DNA of 64,000 bases from an uncultured bacterium (GTDB lineage: Bacteria; Zhuqueibacterota; QNDG01; DSAB01): the NCBI GenBank assembly GCA_964651045.1, contig CAZYVD010000010.1:828-64827 (forward strand). Direction: 5' to 3'. The position numbers and the translations under genes were made by a program. The notes below the pieces were generated by a model. That model did no database searches. It was given only the letters and a program-made list of their open reading frames with translations, and was not told the origin of the DNA. Of this stretch, positions 29,801 through 39,325 are shown one piece after another. Within the stretch, counting starts at the first letter, position 1. The number at the start of each line of letters is the position of its first letter.

Positions 29801-30832
29801 ATGTTCAGGTTTGGGTTTCAAAATCTTCTCTATCTTTTAATTCTGATTCCATGTCTGATCATTTTTTTCATCTATAGCTTCAGTCAGAAGCGCAAAGCAA
29901 TAAAGCGCTTCGGGAATTCCGATCTTATGAAACACCTTACACGATCTGTAAGCAAAAAACGGCAGATATGGAAAACAGTAATAATGACTTCTGCAATACT
30001 GTCTCTCATACTCTCCCTTGCACGTCCTCAGATAGGTACAAAGCTGAGAACAGTGAGCAGAGAGGGTCAGGATATAATGATTGCACTCGATGTATCGCTT
30101 TCCATGTTGGCAGAGGATATTAAACCAAATCGACTGGCCAAGGCAAAGCATGAAATAGCAACATTCATAGACAACCTTAAGGGAGACAGGGTGGGCCTCA
30201 TTGCATTTGCAGGAAAACCATTCGTACAGTGTCCGCTCACCCTTGACTATGGTGCAGCCAAGATGTTTCTCGATACCATGGAACCAGATATAATACCAGT
30301 TCCAGGAACCGCAATTGCAGGGGCAATTGAAAAAGCAATAGAGAGTTTTGATCAAAAGGAGCGAAAACATAAGGTATTGATTCTAATAACAGACGGGGAA
30401 GATCACGTTGGAAAACCTGTCGAGACGGCCAAGATTGCATCTAAGGAGGGAATAGTAATCTACTGTGTCGGGATCGGATCCCTCCAGGGAGTTCCAATTC
30501 CGGTATACGATTCGAGAGGAAACAGGACAGGATACAAAAAGGACAGAAATGGCAAAGTAGTGATGACAAAACTGGACGAGCTCACATTGGAGAAAATAGC
30601 TCTTGAGACAGGGGGCAAATACTACAGGGCAACGCCTGGGGAGGTTGAACTAAGTAAGATATATGATGAAATATTTAAGATGGAAAAGAAAAAACTGCGG
30701 TCAAAGCAGTATGCTCAATTTGAGGACCGATTCCAGATACTACTTGGATTTTCAATTTTTCTTCTTATTTTGGAGTATTTGATCCCAGAACGAAGAAGGA
30801 TAAAGAAGGAATGGAAAGGACGGTTCGTGTAA
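29801..30832 (+). CDS. batB: VWA-domain protein BatB
   Basis: LARPQIG, DVSLSMLAEDIKPNRL.KAK, ITDGEDH, second VWA gene in the cluster. Confidence 0.88.
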   Translation: MFRFGFQNLLYLLILIPCLIIFFIYSFSQKRKAIKRFGNSDLMKHLTRSVSKKRQIWKTVIMTSAILSLILSLARPQIGTKLRTVSREGQDIMIALDVSLSMLAEDIKPNRLAKAKHEIATFIDNLKGDRVGLIAFAGKPFVQCPLTLDYGAAKMFLDTMEPDIIPVPGTAIAGAIEKAIESFDQKERKHKVLILITDGEDHVGKPVETAKIASKEGIVIYCVGIGSLQGVPIPVYDSRGNRTGYKKDRNGKVVMTKLDELTLEKIALETGGKYYRATPGEVELSKIYDEIFKMEKKKLRSKQYAQFEDRFQILLGFSIFLLILEYLIPERRRIKKEWKGRFV

Positions 30833-30834
30833 AG

Positions 30835-31542
30835 ATGAAGAAGAGTGAAGGGAAATCTGCTCTATTATTTACATTCATTTTTATCCTACCTCTGGTCCTG
30901 AATGCTCAGTCTGTTCACAAAAAGGTAGCAGAGGCCAACAAACTCTTTCACGAACAGAAGTATGATCGGGCCATAAATAAATATCAGGATGCTCTGCTGG
31001 AAGATCCGACATCACCACTGATCCAGTTTAACATGGGAGACGTGCTATACAAAAAGAAAAGCTATGAGAAGGCACTAAAGGCATATCAGAAGGCACTGGA
31101 CTCAAGGGATCCAATGCTGCAATCCAAGGCCTATTATAATATCGGAAACACTCTCTATCGCGCGGGAAAGCTTCCAGAGAGCATAATTGCCTATCAGCAG
31201 GCTCTGAAACTTAATCCAGACGATCAGGATGCAAAATACAATCTTGAATTTGTTCGAAACAAGCTAAAACAAAACCCTAAAAAGCAACAACAGCAGCAGA
31301 ACCAGCAAAAACAACAAAGAGAGGAGAGTGATAAAAAAAACAGACCTGACAACAAGAGGCAGGATCAAAACAAAGAACAAAACGATCAGAAGCAAGAGCA
31401 AAGAAGTGCAGAACAAAAGAGGAAAGAGATGTCTAAGGAGGAGGCCGAAAACCTTCTGAATGCATTAAAAGAAAATCAGAAGAAGATGAAGAAAAAACTC
31501 GCCCGTGCAGGCGGAAAAATTAGGGTTTTAAAAGATTGGTAA
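30835..31542 (+). CDS. batC: TPR protein BatC
   Basis: TPRs (AYYNIGN, DAKYNLE), Gln-rich linker, C-terminal KDW. Confidence 0.85.
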   Translation: MKKSEGKSALLFTFIFILPLVLNAQSVHKKVAEANKLFHEQKYDRAINKYQDALLEDPTSPLIQFNMGDVLYKKKSYEKALKAYQKALDSRDPMLQSKAYYNIGNTLYRAGKLPESIIAYQQALKLNPDDQDAKYNLEFVRNKLKQNPKKQQQQQNQQKQQREESDKKNRPDNKRQDQNKEQNDQKQEQRSAEQKRKEMSKEEAENLLNALKENQKKMKKKLARAGGKIRVLKDW

Positions 31543-31553
31543 TAGAGAATAAG

Positions 31554-33416
31554 ATGAGAATAAGGGGAAAAATCTTTCTGTTTGCATTAACAGTAACGTC
31601 CATTTCTGCGGTCCAAGCGGCAGAGGATTTTCAAATAAAGGCATGGGTCGACAGGAGTGTGATCGGAATCAATGAACAGTTTATTCTAAATGTTGAGCTA
31701 TCGGGCAATGAAGCAGGCAGGGCTTCTACTCCACAGCTTCCAGACATGAATGAGTTTGCCGCTTTTCTTGGAAGTGGCTCATCACAAAATTTTCAGATAA
31801 TAAATGGTGTTACATCTATATCAAAAACAATAAATTACTATTTTCAGGCAACAAAGATAGGTAAGTTTACGATTGGCCCCATAAAAATAAAAGTTAAAAA
31901 TAAAACATATCAAACAGACCCAATCCCGATCGAGATTACTAAATCGTCATCAAAACCACGACAATCGGCTCAATCTCAGAGAAATGTTCAACAGGGACAG
32001 TCAGACATCTCCAATGAAGATATATTTATAAAGACCGTTGTTAATAAGAAAAAAGTTTATCAAAACGAGCCTGTAATAGTAACATATAAAATATATACCC
32101 GTGTAAACATGACTCCTGTGGGATTCACAAAACTTCCAGCTACTACTGGATTCTGGAAAGAAGAATTCCCAATGGGGCAGCAAATCCCCACTCACACAGA
32201 GATAGTTGACGGAAAACGCTATACTGTAGCAACAATTAAAAAAATGGCCCTCTTCCCGATGACTCCGGGGAAAAAGGTAATCGAGCCTCTCGTTCTTCAG
32301 TGCAGAATAAGGGTAAGGAAAAGACGGAGCATGTTCGACGATTTCTTTAATGACGATTTTTTCAGTGATCCATTTGGAAGAACAATCCAAAAAAATATAA
32401 GCTCTGAGCCTGTTATAATAAATGTTATCCCACTTCCAGAGAATGGAAAGCCGAAAGATTTCAAGGGCGTTGTGGGTGACTATAAAATATCTTCATTTGT
32501 AGATAAAGCAGATGTCAAGACAAATGAAGCAATAACATACACATTAACAATTTCAGGAACTGGTAACATACGCTCACTCCCAGAACCTGAAATATCCTTT
32601 TCACATGATCTTGAAGCCTACCCACCCGAGGTTTCAGAAAAGATTGAAAGAAAGGGAAATTCAATTTCTGGAACAAGAACATACGAATACGTTTTAATCC
32701 CCAGAGCTGCTGGCACCCAGAAGATTCAGCCTGTGACATTTACTTTCTTTGACCCTTCATCAAAAACATATAAAACACTTAGAACAGATCCAATAACAAT
32801 TCGCGTGCAAAAGGGAAGAGAGATATCAACACCAATCCCGCAAATAACATCAAAAGAAGAGGTGGAGCTGGTCGGAAAGGAGATCCGATTTATCATGACA
32901 GAACCCCCATCATTTCGGAAAATCGGTGAGGGAATCTTTAAATCTTATACTCTTATCATAATCTTTATTTCACCTCTAATCCTGCTATTTGCTGCAGTTT
33001 CTATAAGAAAACATCAGGATCGGCTGAGAGGAGACATTGCCTATGCCAGAAACAGGAGGGCAGGAAAATTTGCAAGGAAAAGACTCTCCATGGCTCGCTC
33101 TCTACTCAACGTTGAGAGTCAAAAAGAATTTTATGCAGAGGTAGGAAAGGCTCTTCTCGGCTATATCGGAGACAAACTCAATATAGAAGAGGCAGGAATA
33201 ATAAGGGATGAAGTAAAAAATATGTTGACTAAAAAGGGTGTAAGCGAAGAAGTACTGAATCGATTCTTTAAATGTCTCGATATTTGTGATATGAAGCGAT
33301 TCTCGCCCACAGGATCGACCATAGATGAGATGAAGAAATTTTTAAAAGAGGCAGAAGAGTGCCTTGTCATTATGGATCGGCATCTGGCAAAACAAAACAG
33401 GGATTTATCGTCATGA
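31554..33416 (+). CDS. batD: BatD family protein
   Basis: Repeated Ig-like modules; VYQNEPVIVTYKIY; P.DFKGVVG; YVLIPR..G; position after batC. Confidence 0.88.
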   Translation: MRIRGKIFLFALTVTSISAVQAAEDFQIKAWVDRSVIGINEQFILNVELSGNEAGRASTPQLPDMNEFAAFLGSGSSQNFQIINGVTSISKTINYYFQATKIGKFTIGPIKIKVKNKTYQTDPIPIEITKSSSKPRQSAQSQRNVQQGQSDISNEDIFIKTVVNKKKVYQNEPVIVTYKIYTRVNMTPVGFTKLPATTGFWKEEFPMGQQIPTHTEIVDGKRYTVATIKKMALFPMTPGKKVIEPLVLQCRIRVRKRRSMFDDFFNDDFFSDPFGRTIQKNISSEPVIINVIPLPENGKPKDFKGVVGDYKISSFVDKADVKTNEAITYTLTISGTGNIRSLPEPEISFSHDLEAYPPEVSEKIERKGNSISGTRTYEYVLIPRAAGTQKIQPVTFTFFDPSSKTYKTLRTDPITIRVQKGREISTPIPQITSKEEVELVGKEIRFIMTEPPSFRKIGEGIFKSYTLIIIFISPLILLFAAVSIRKHQDRLRGDIAYARNRRAGKFARKRLSMARSLLNVESQKEFYAEVGKALLGYIGDKLNIEEAGIIRDEVKNMLTKKGVSEEVLNRFFKCLDICDMKRFSPTGSTIDEMKKFLKEAEECLVIMDRHLAKQNRDLSS

Positions 33417-34177
33417 AAGGGAATATATATTTTTTAATAGCCATCTTTGCAATAACAGCATCCTACTGTTGCTTTGGCGATGAAAAGATCGATCTTTTTA
33501 ACAAGGGCAATGAATCATATAAGAATGGAAAATATAAGGAGTCGCTCGAAAGCTATTTAAAAATTCTTGATATGGGTTATGAAAGCGGAGAGCTATACTT
33601 CAATATAGGCAACTGCTACTATAAGCTAAACGACATTGGCAGATCAATCCTGTTTTATGAAAAGGCGAAAAAACTCATACCAGGCAATAAAGATTTGAAT
33701 GCAAACCTCCAACTTGCCAGATTAAAAGCAGTGGACAGGATTAAACCCCTGCCCGAATTCTTTTTGTTTAAACTAATAAGAACCATTATTTATCTCTTTC
33801 CTCTATCATTCATGATCTGGACAGCAGCAGGATTCTATACAGCAGCCTTCCTGTTTCTTATAATATGGACACTATCAAGAAAAAGATTTATTCGGCTCTT
33901 CAGCTTAAGAACCAGTATGGTGCTGGGTTCAATATTTCTGCTATTTTCTGTTGGGATAATTGGTCAGACTCTCACAGAGAAGAATAAAAAAGAGGCGGTA
34001 ATACTAGTGGACAAGGTGGATGTCAAGGGCTCACCCAGCGAGGATGGAATCGATGTCTTTTCCCTACATGAAGGAACAAAGGTTCGAATCGACCAGGAGT
34101 CTGACGAATGGATTGAGATTGTTCTTGCAGATGGAAAGGTTGGATGGATAAAGAAAACCATTGTCGGTATAATATGA
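33413..34177 (+). CDS. batE: BatE (TPR plus C-terminal SH3-like)
   Basis: YFNIGNCYYKL..IG.SIL.YEKA; C-terminal LHEGTKVRI...WIEI.LADGKVGWI. Confidence 0.9.
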   Translation: MKGNIYFLIAIFAITASYCCFGDEKIDLFNKGNESYKNGKYKESLESYLKILDMGYESGELYFNIGNCYYKLNDIGRSILFYEKAKKLIPGNKDLNANLQLARLKAVDRIKPLPEFFLFKLIRTIIYLFPLSFMIWTAAGFYTAAFLFLIIWTLSRKRFIRLFSLRTSMVLGSIFLLFSVGIIGQTLTEKNKKEAVILVDKVDVKGSPSEDGIDVFSLHEGTKVRIDQESDEWIEIVLADGKVGWIKKTIVGII

Positions 34178-34233
34178 TAGCGACTGCAATAATTTCAAAT
34201 TAACCGAACTTCGGTGCTGAAACTATGCCCTAT

Positions 34234-34271
34234 AAATATTGTTTATCTCTCTTTGATTTTTCTAAATTTTA
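34234..34271. repeat. 38-bp direct repeat, left copy
   Basis: AAATATTGTTTATCTCTCTTTGATTTTTCTAAATTTTA, identical to 34774-34811. Confidence 0.95.
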
Positions 34272-34277
34272 TTGATC

Positions 34278-34299
34278 CGCAGGGGCTCTTGCCCCTGCG
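34278..34299. repeat. REP-like palindrome, left
   Basis: CGCAGGGGC-tctt-GCCCCTGCG. Confidence 0.85.
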
Positions 34300-34318
34300 C
34301 TAAACAAGAAACAATCAA

Positions 34319-34724
34319 ATGGGTACAAGAGACTACATTCAATTGTATAATAATAGTGACACCTATTATTTTACAACTACTGCTATCGATTGGAAACATA
34401 TTTTTATAAAACGATCTGTTATTTGTACTATTATTTATTGTCAAGCTGCAAATTATACAAGAAGATGCAGATTTGTTATTAAAAAAATTTTATTCCACCA
34501 AATCATATCAAAAGGTCATTTCACAGATTCTGACAGAACGACTCGGATCTGGGGCAGTATATAGGGAAACATTTCTTCGGAGAAAATTAGCGTATATACA
34601 CAAGTACCCAATTCAGCCCCATTGGGTACTTGTAGAGCAACTCGAGGCATATCTTTTCAGCAGTTTTGGATATTGTCATACAGATCAAGACTGGAATGGT
34701 ATCAACATTTTATCATTATTGTGA
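34319..34724 (+). pseudogene. Decayed REP-associated tyrosine transposase (RAYT/Y1 TnpA-like)
   Basis: One frame gives YYFTTTAIDWKHIF...YCQ (RAYT-like N-terminus). Another gives KLAYIHKYPI...LVEQLEAYLFSS (like YIH.NPV..GLV...EDY.YSS). Frameshifted; no HUH motif visible. Confidence 0.7.
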
Positions 34725-34743
34725 GATTAATACAATTCAAAAT

Positions 34744-34765
34744 CGCAGGGGCAAGAGCCCCTGCA
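34744..34765. repeat. REP-like palindrome, right (inverted copy of the left)
   Basis: CGCAGGGGC-aaga-GCCCCTGCA matches the reverse complement of the left copy at 21/22 positions. Confidence 0.85.
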
Positions 34766-34773
34766 GAGCTTAA

Positions 34774-34811
34774 AAATATTGTTTATCTCTCTTTGATTTT
34801 TCTAAATTTTA
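34774..34811. repeat. 38-bp direct repeat, right copy
   Basis: Identical to 34234-34271, 540 bp away. Confidence 0.95.
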
Positions 34812-34818
34812 ATTTCAT

Positions 34819-35655
34819 CTACTCCTTTCCCCTCTCTGCAACACGACGTGACCTTTTTACTATAGCCGCAACAATCAAAGCGAGTCCCATAAAGCTAACA
34901 ACCGAAGGACCGCATGAAAAATCCAGTGAATAGGAAAATGCCAGTCCCACAATAGATGCAGAAATTCCCAGAAGCCAGGCTAGCAACATCCTTTTAAACC
35001 AGCTCGAAGTGAAAATTGCGGCAAATGTAGTCGGTATGATCAAGAATGAAAATATGGCTAAAACACCACCTATTCTGACTGAAATTGTTATAACCAATCC
35101 CATAGATACATAAAATAGAAAATCCCACCATGCTGCTCTGGAATCCTTCTCAATCGTCCTTCGATAATCTTTAGAAAGTGTTGTAAATTTATTTCTAAAA
35201 ATATAATGAAAAAGACCCACGATCAAATACACAGATGTACATATTAAAATATCATGCCATTTTGCCCATAATATGCTTCCTGTCAGCATATGCTCTAAAT
35301 GTACATCCCCTCCTGCAGCAAGAGCGAGTAGAAAAAGAGCAAGTGCTGCAGAGACGGCATACGATACACCGATAATTGCTTCCTGGGTTATCTGTGTAAC
35401 TCGCTTTATTATTTGTGAATAGAAAAATGCTGCCAGTATGGTAAATCCAAATGCTGAAAAATATGCAATTATGCTGGTATCCTCGATCCTCCACAGGGTA
35501 AAAACCAGTACAGTACCAACTGCTGCAACCTGGGCCAAAGCAATATCAATAAACACAATCTCCCTTTCAAGCACATGAATGCCTAAATAACCAAATATTC
35601 CTATCATGACCGCACATGCCACAAATGGAGGAAATAAAAATCCAATTACTTCCAT
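34819..35655 (-). CDS. Metal ABC transporter permease (ABC-3/ZnuB-like)
   Basis: GIHVLEREIVFIDIALAQVAA, EAIIGVSY, LTGSILW, FSFLIIP. Confidence 0.9.
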   Translation of the reverse strand: MEVIGFLFPPFVACAVMIGIFGYLGIHVLEREIVFIDIALAQVAAVGTVLVFTLWRIEDTSIIAYFSAFGFTILAAFFYSQIIKRVTQITQEAIIGVSYAVSAALALFLLALAAGGDVHLEHMLTGSILWAKWHDILICTSVYLIVGLFHYIFRNKFTTLSKDYRRTIEKDSRAAWWDFLFYVSMGLVITISVRIGGVLAIFSFLIIPTTFAAIFTSSWFKRMLLAWLLGISASIVGLAFSYSLDFSCGPSVVSFMGLALIVAAIVKRSRRVAERGKE

Positions 35656-35666
35656 TTTTCTTCCTT

Positions 35667-36494
35667 TCAGTTATTAGTACTGTATGCTTTTCTGTTCAAT
35701 CCGATCCGTATGATGAGAGCAAAAATAAAAAACAGGCCCAGAGAAAGTACCAGAGTGGGCCCATATGGCAGCCGGAAAAAATATGATGAAAACAGGCCTA
35801 CCATTGAAGCAACAAAACCAACAATCCAACCGATCCTCAGTGCATCGCCCCATCCCTTAGTAAACAGTGCTGCAATAGATGCCGGTATCATCAAGAATCC
35901 ATATGCTAAAAGCACTCCAGCAATAGGAACTATTAACACGGTTATAATACCAAGCGAGATGAAAAAGAAAAGGTCCCACAAATTCTCATTTGGTATTGTT
36001 CCTGGTTTTTCGGTTATTGTGATAAATTTATGACGATATTTATAGTGAAAGATCCCAAGAAGAATATAAACAAAAACTGTAACCACAACAAGCGGCCAGT
36101 TTACCCAGAGCATACATCCCGACTGAGTCTGGGTTACATATGAAGAGCCTCCACTAAATTTATCTGCTACCATGAAAGAGCTGACAAGGGCCAATCCATA
36201 TATTATGCCGATTACAGCCTCATGCGGAACTCGCTCTGATTTCGGCTTAACAAATGCAAGAAGTACCGAACCTATAAGCACTGCAACAAATGAGACAAAG
36301 TAGGAATAAGTCGATCCTCCTCCTATTCCCAATCCAATACCAATTATAATGCCCAGTGCAGCAAGCTGATCCAGTGCAAGATCACTGAATACAATACCTC
36401 TTCTGATTACATGCAGCCCCAGATATGTATGTACTGATGTTACTACAGCAAGCAGTACTATTTGAATCGATAAAAAATTAAACGTCTCCCACAT
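35667..36494 (-). CDS. Metal ABC transporter permease (ABC-3), paralog
   Basis: GLHVIRRGIVFSDLALDQLAA, EAVIGIIY, FLMIPA. Confidence 0.9.
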   Translation of the reverse strand: MWETFNFLSIQIVLLAVVTSVHTYLGLHVIRRGIVFSDLALDQLAALGIIIGIGLGIGGGSTYSYFVSFVAVLIGSVLLAFVKPKSERVPHEAVIGIIYGLALVSSFMVADKFSGGSSYVTQTQSGCMLWVNWPLVVVTVFVYILLGIFHYKYRHKFITITEKPGTIPNENLWDLFFFISLGIITVLIVPIAGVLLAYGFLMIPASIAALFTKGWGDALRIGWIVGFVASMVGLFSSYFFRLPYGPTLVLSLGLFFIFALIIRIGLNRKAYSTNN

Positions 36495-36519
36495 AAGATT
36501 CTCCTAAAATTGAGTAATT

Positions 36520-37554
36520 CTATTCTGAAACAGCCTCTACTATGTGATCGATCCAATAATCCATCAGTTTAAAATTATCTGAAACCTCTGGATTTCCGCC
36601 AACAGAAAGTGGAAGAAAAAGTGCCATAATTCCTGTCTTCTGGGCAATAGTGGTCGGTTTTCTCTTCTCAAAATAGTCTGCCACCAGCATGACATCAATC
36701 CCACTATCTTTAATGAGTTTAATCATCTTTTCAACATGCTTTGGTGTGGGAGGAATGCCTGGTTTTGGTTCAATGTATCCAAGAACCTTCATCCCAAAGT
36801 CATGAGCAAAATAGGCCCAGTTTTTATGATAGGCAATGACCTCCTTACCGTGCAGCGGCATGGCCTTTTTCATCCATCCACCGAGTCTTTTTACCAGCTT
36901 CTCGCCTCTAAATTCCCTTTCAATAAAATCAAAGAATGTGCCTGCCTTAACAAGATCCATCAGCTGCTGCCCGCCTATTAAATCAACGAGTTCATCGCCA
37001 AACATTGCCCTGTAAACACGGTCTACAAACCTTTTCTGTCTCTCTTCATAATATGATGCATGATCCGGATCTACCTTTTTCAATCCAATCAGGATATTCT
37101 CTGAAATAGGAATCCAGTTTCTGGGGCTGGTATGAATGTGAGGATTTCCATAAACATGAATATCTCCCTCTGTCCTGCTCAGAGCAGTCGTTGGTTTTTG
37201 CAAAAGCTCGATACCAGGATATACGGTAACATATCCAATCGCCCCATCCATGATCTTCTTGTTTCGCGCCTTGTCGAGCAGTGTTGTTGCCCAGAGCTCT
37301 AAATCCAGTCCTGTTGTTATAAAAAGATCTGCCTTTTTAAGCTTTATTGCAAGACTCGGCTTTGGAGGCACAAAATGGGGATCCTGATCGCCGTGTGACA
37401 GGTGATCAACAGTGACATAATCTCCGCCAATCTCCTTTACAATCGAAGCATAATCTGAAAATGTAGTAACAACATAGAGTTTGCCTTCCTGTGCAGATAT
37501 CATTGTAAATGTAAAAACTACTGCCAAAACGAAAATCAATTTACTCTTATTCAT
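36520..37554 (-). CDS. Metal ABC substrate-binding protein (ZnuA/TroA-like)
   Basis: GDQDPHFV, GLDLE, GDIHVYGNPHIH, YHKNW.YF, EPKPGIPPTPKH. Confidence 0.92.
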   Translation of the reverse strand: MNKSKLIFVLAVVFTFTMISAQEGKLYVVTTFSDYASIVKEIGGDYVTVDHLSHGDQDPHFVPPKPSLAIKLKKADLFITTGLDLELWATTLLDKARNKKIMDGAIGYVTVYPGIELLQKPTTALSRTEGDIHVYGNPHIHTSPRNWIPISENILIGLKKVDPDHASYYEERQKRFVDRVYRAMFGDELVDLIGGQQLMDLVKAGTFFDFIEREFRGEKLVKRLGGWMKKAMPLHGKEVIAYHKNWAYFAHDFGMKVLGYIEPKPGIPPTPKHVEKMIKLIKDSGIDVMLVADYFEKRKPTTIAQKTGIMALFLPLSVGGNPEVSDNFKLMDYWIDHIVEAVSE

Positions 37555-37606
37555 TGTCCACTCCTCTTTTAATTCATATAATAAAAAATACTATATAGAT
37601 TATTGA

Positions 37607-38926
37607 TCAATATGCTTCATGCTTATGGGGTCCCATTGACCAGACCGTCTGAATAAAGAATGTATGATCATTCTCTTCATAACTGCGGTAAGTATAGCTG
37701 TACTGGAACCTCATCATGACAAATTCTGACTGCCAGAAATCGACATAGGGAGTTATATCCCATTCATACTCCTTATTAACAACAGTTGGCAACTCCGAAT
37801 AACCCGCTCTGATACCTATCCAGAACCTGCGCCCGAGTTTATTGGAGATGTATGAATAGAAACCAAATCTATCGATTGCTCCATCCTTTCTGTTTCTGTG
37901 GCTGTAAAAAAATTCGTTTCTGAACTCTACAGTACGATAGTGAGCCCTGTCAACAGGAGCCCATTTATAGGTAATATCCAACCCCACAAGGGTCGTTCTG
38001 TACCCTGCCTTTTTATCGTTATATCCATTTGCACCTGAAAATCCAATCTCTATATAGGCATCTCTCGAAAGGTCATAATAGTTCTTCAGATGTGTAACAA
38101 ATATGACATTATCATTAGCATCATCAAAACTCACTCCATCTCCGCCTGTAACTATCTCTATATCGAGTTCGTTGACATGGGCCCACAGCCTGGGAAGCAA
38201 AAAGTTTGCTCCAACACCTATCCCTGCAAAATTATTCTTAGAAAAAAGATTGGTCAGCACCCTTGGACGGTCAACCTGAGGAAGACCGTGATCGTGCCAT
38301 CTGTTCAATATTCCAAACTGTGTATTAAACAGTCCAATCTTCAAGTTCATATTGGCCGGAAGATTGAGCCATTCCATATAGGCCTCTCCTATCATAAAAC
38401 TTAAGGGATATTCTCCTACTCCCGGTATGCCAAGAAAAAACTTACCTCTTGTAAATGGATCGAGTGGAGCAATGATATGAAATTCTGCCTCCCTCATATA
38501 AAACATATTCCGTCCATCTGTGAAATCGCCATCATTTACTATGACATCACTTTTCCCTGAGGATACACTTCCAAAAAAGTCACCAGTCATACTAATGTTG
38601 GGATTCAGCGCCTGAAGCTGTCTCTGCCCTCCTCTGAAGACTCTCGAAATCGTAGCTTCCTCTTTTTTCTTTGTCCTCGAGAGATCGCTTGCAGCATTGA
38701 GAAGTGCCTCCATTTCTGCCTTCTCCTTCTCTTCCTTTCTCGCCTTCTCTATGGCAGAGATTCTGCTGTCCAGATCCTTCAATTTTTTCAGATAGCAGTT
38801 CCTTAGCGAATCGAGCTCTGATAAGGCCTTTTTTATATCACTGTCCTTCTTTTTTTGAGCAGCCACGCCTGTACTCAAAGAGAGCATAAACATACACCCT
38901 GCAAATAGAGTAATCCATCTCATCAT
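37607..38926 (-). CDS. Outer-membrane beta-barrel (metal-uptake associated porin) with N-terminal coiled coil
   Basis: Signal, coiled coil, LNPNISMTGDF, FGILNRWHDHGLPQVDRP, alternating beta-strands, C-terminal MGPHKHEAY. Confidence 0.75.
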   Translation of the reverse strand: MMRWITLFAGCMFMLSLSTGVAAQKKKDSDIKKALSELDSLRNCYLKKLKDLDSRISAIEKARKEEKEKAEMEALLNAASDLSRTKKKEEATISRVFRGGQRQLQALNPNISMTGDFFGSVSSGKSDVIVNDGDFTDGRNMFYMREAEFHIIAPLDPFTRGKFFLGIPGVGEYPLSFMIGEAYMEWLNLPANMNLKIGLFNTQFGILNRWHDHGLPQVDRPRVLTNLFSKNNFAGIGVGANFLLPRLWAHVNELDIEIVTGGDGVSFDDANDNVIFVTHLKNYYDLSRDAYIEIGFSGANGYNDKKAGYRTTLVGLDITYKWAPVDRAHYRTVEFRNEFFYSHRNRKDGAIDRFGFYSYISNKLGRRFWIGIRAGYSELPTVVNKEYEWDITPYVDFWQSEFVMMRFQYSYTYRSYEENDHTFFIQTVWSMGPHKHEAY

Positions 38927-38991
38927 AAACTCCTTTCTTATGACTTAAAATAGAAGCTCAATAACAAGTATTATAATTTTAATTATAGTCT

Positions 38992-39294
38992 CTATGCAGG
39001 CGGGGCACGCGGATTGGGTCTTGATGATAAGACTTTTTGTGGTGTTAGAATGATTTCTTCTAAGGATATGTATTCAATGGTTATTGGCTGGACACATGTT
39101 GAACCCATGATGGGCATGATCTCCGGGATATCATTCTTTATTTGAATCTCCCAATGGCATGCCGGGCAATTATCATGGAATCTAAAATCCTGCTTGTGAT
39201 TGTGTAAAAGGGGGCTTAATAAATATATTGCTAAAAAATATGTCAGTACAATAGAGAATAATATTTTATATATAATTTTATAATTATGATTCAT
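38992..39294 (-). CDS. DUF2946-like leader protein with CxxC and C-terminal RAPP motif
   Basis: Hydrophobic N-terminus, HNH...HDNCPACH, ends PNPRAPPA-stop; 65 bp upstream of the porin gene. Confidence 0.75.
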   Translation of the reverse strand: MNHNYKIIYKILFSIVLTYFLAIYLLSPLLHNHKQDFRFHDNCPACHWEIQIKNDIPEIMPIMGSTCVQPITIEYISLEEIILTPQKVLSSRPNPRAPPA

Positions 39295-39325
39295 AATATA
39301 AACACTAATATTTTAAAGTAAAACT

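Noticed and set aside
31260-31440. Gln-rich CAA/CAG tract in batC as a tandem repeat locus
   Set aside because: Typical low-complexity BatC linker, not a regular DNA repeat.
34262-34933. Short ORFs 34262-34444, 34319-34564, 34473-34724 and 34622-34933 as separate genes
   Set aside because: Better explained as fragments of one broken RAYT plus noise.
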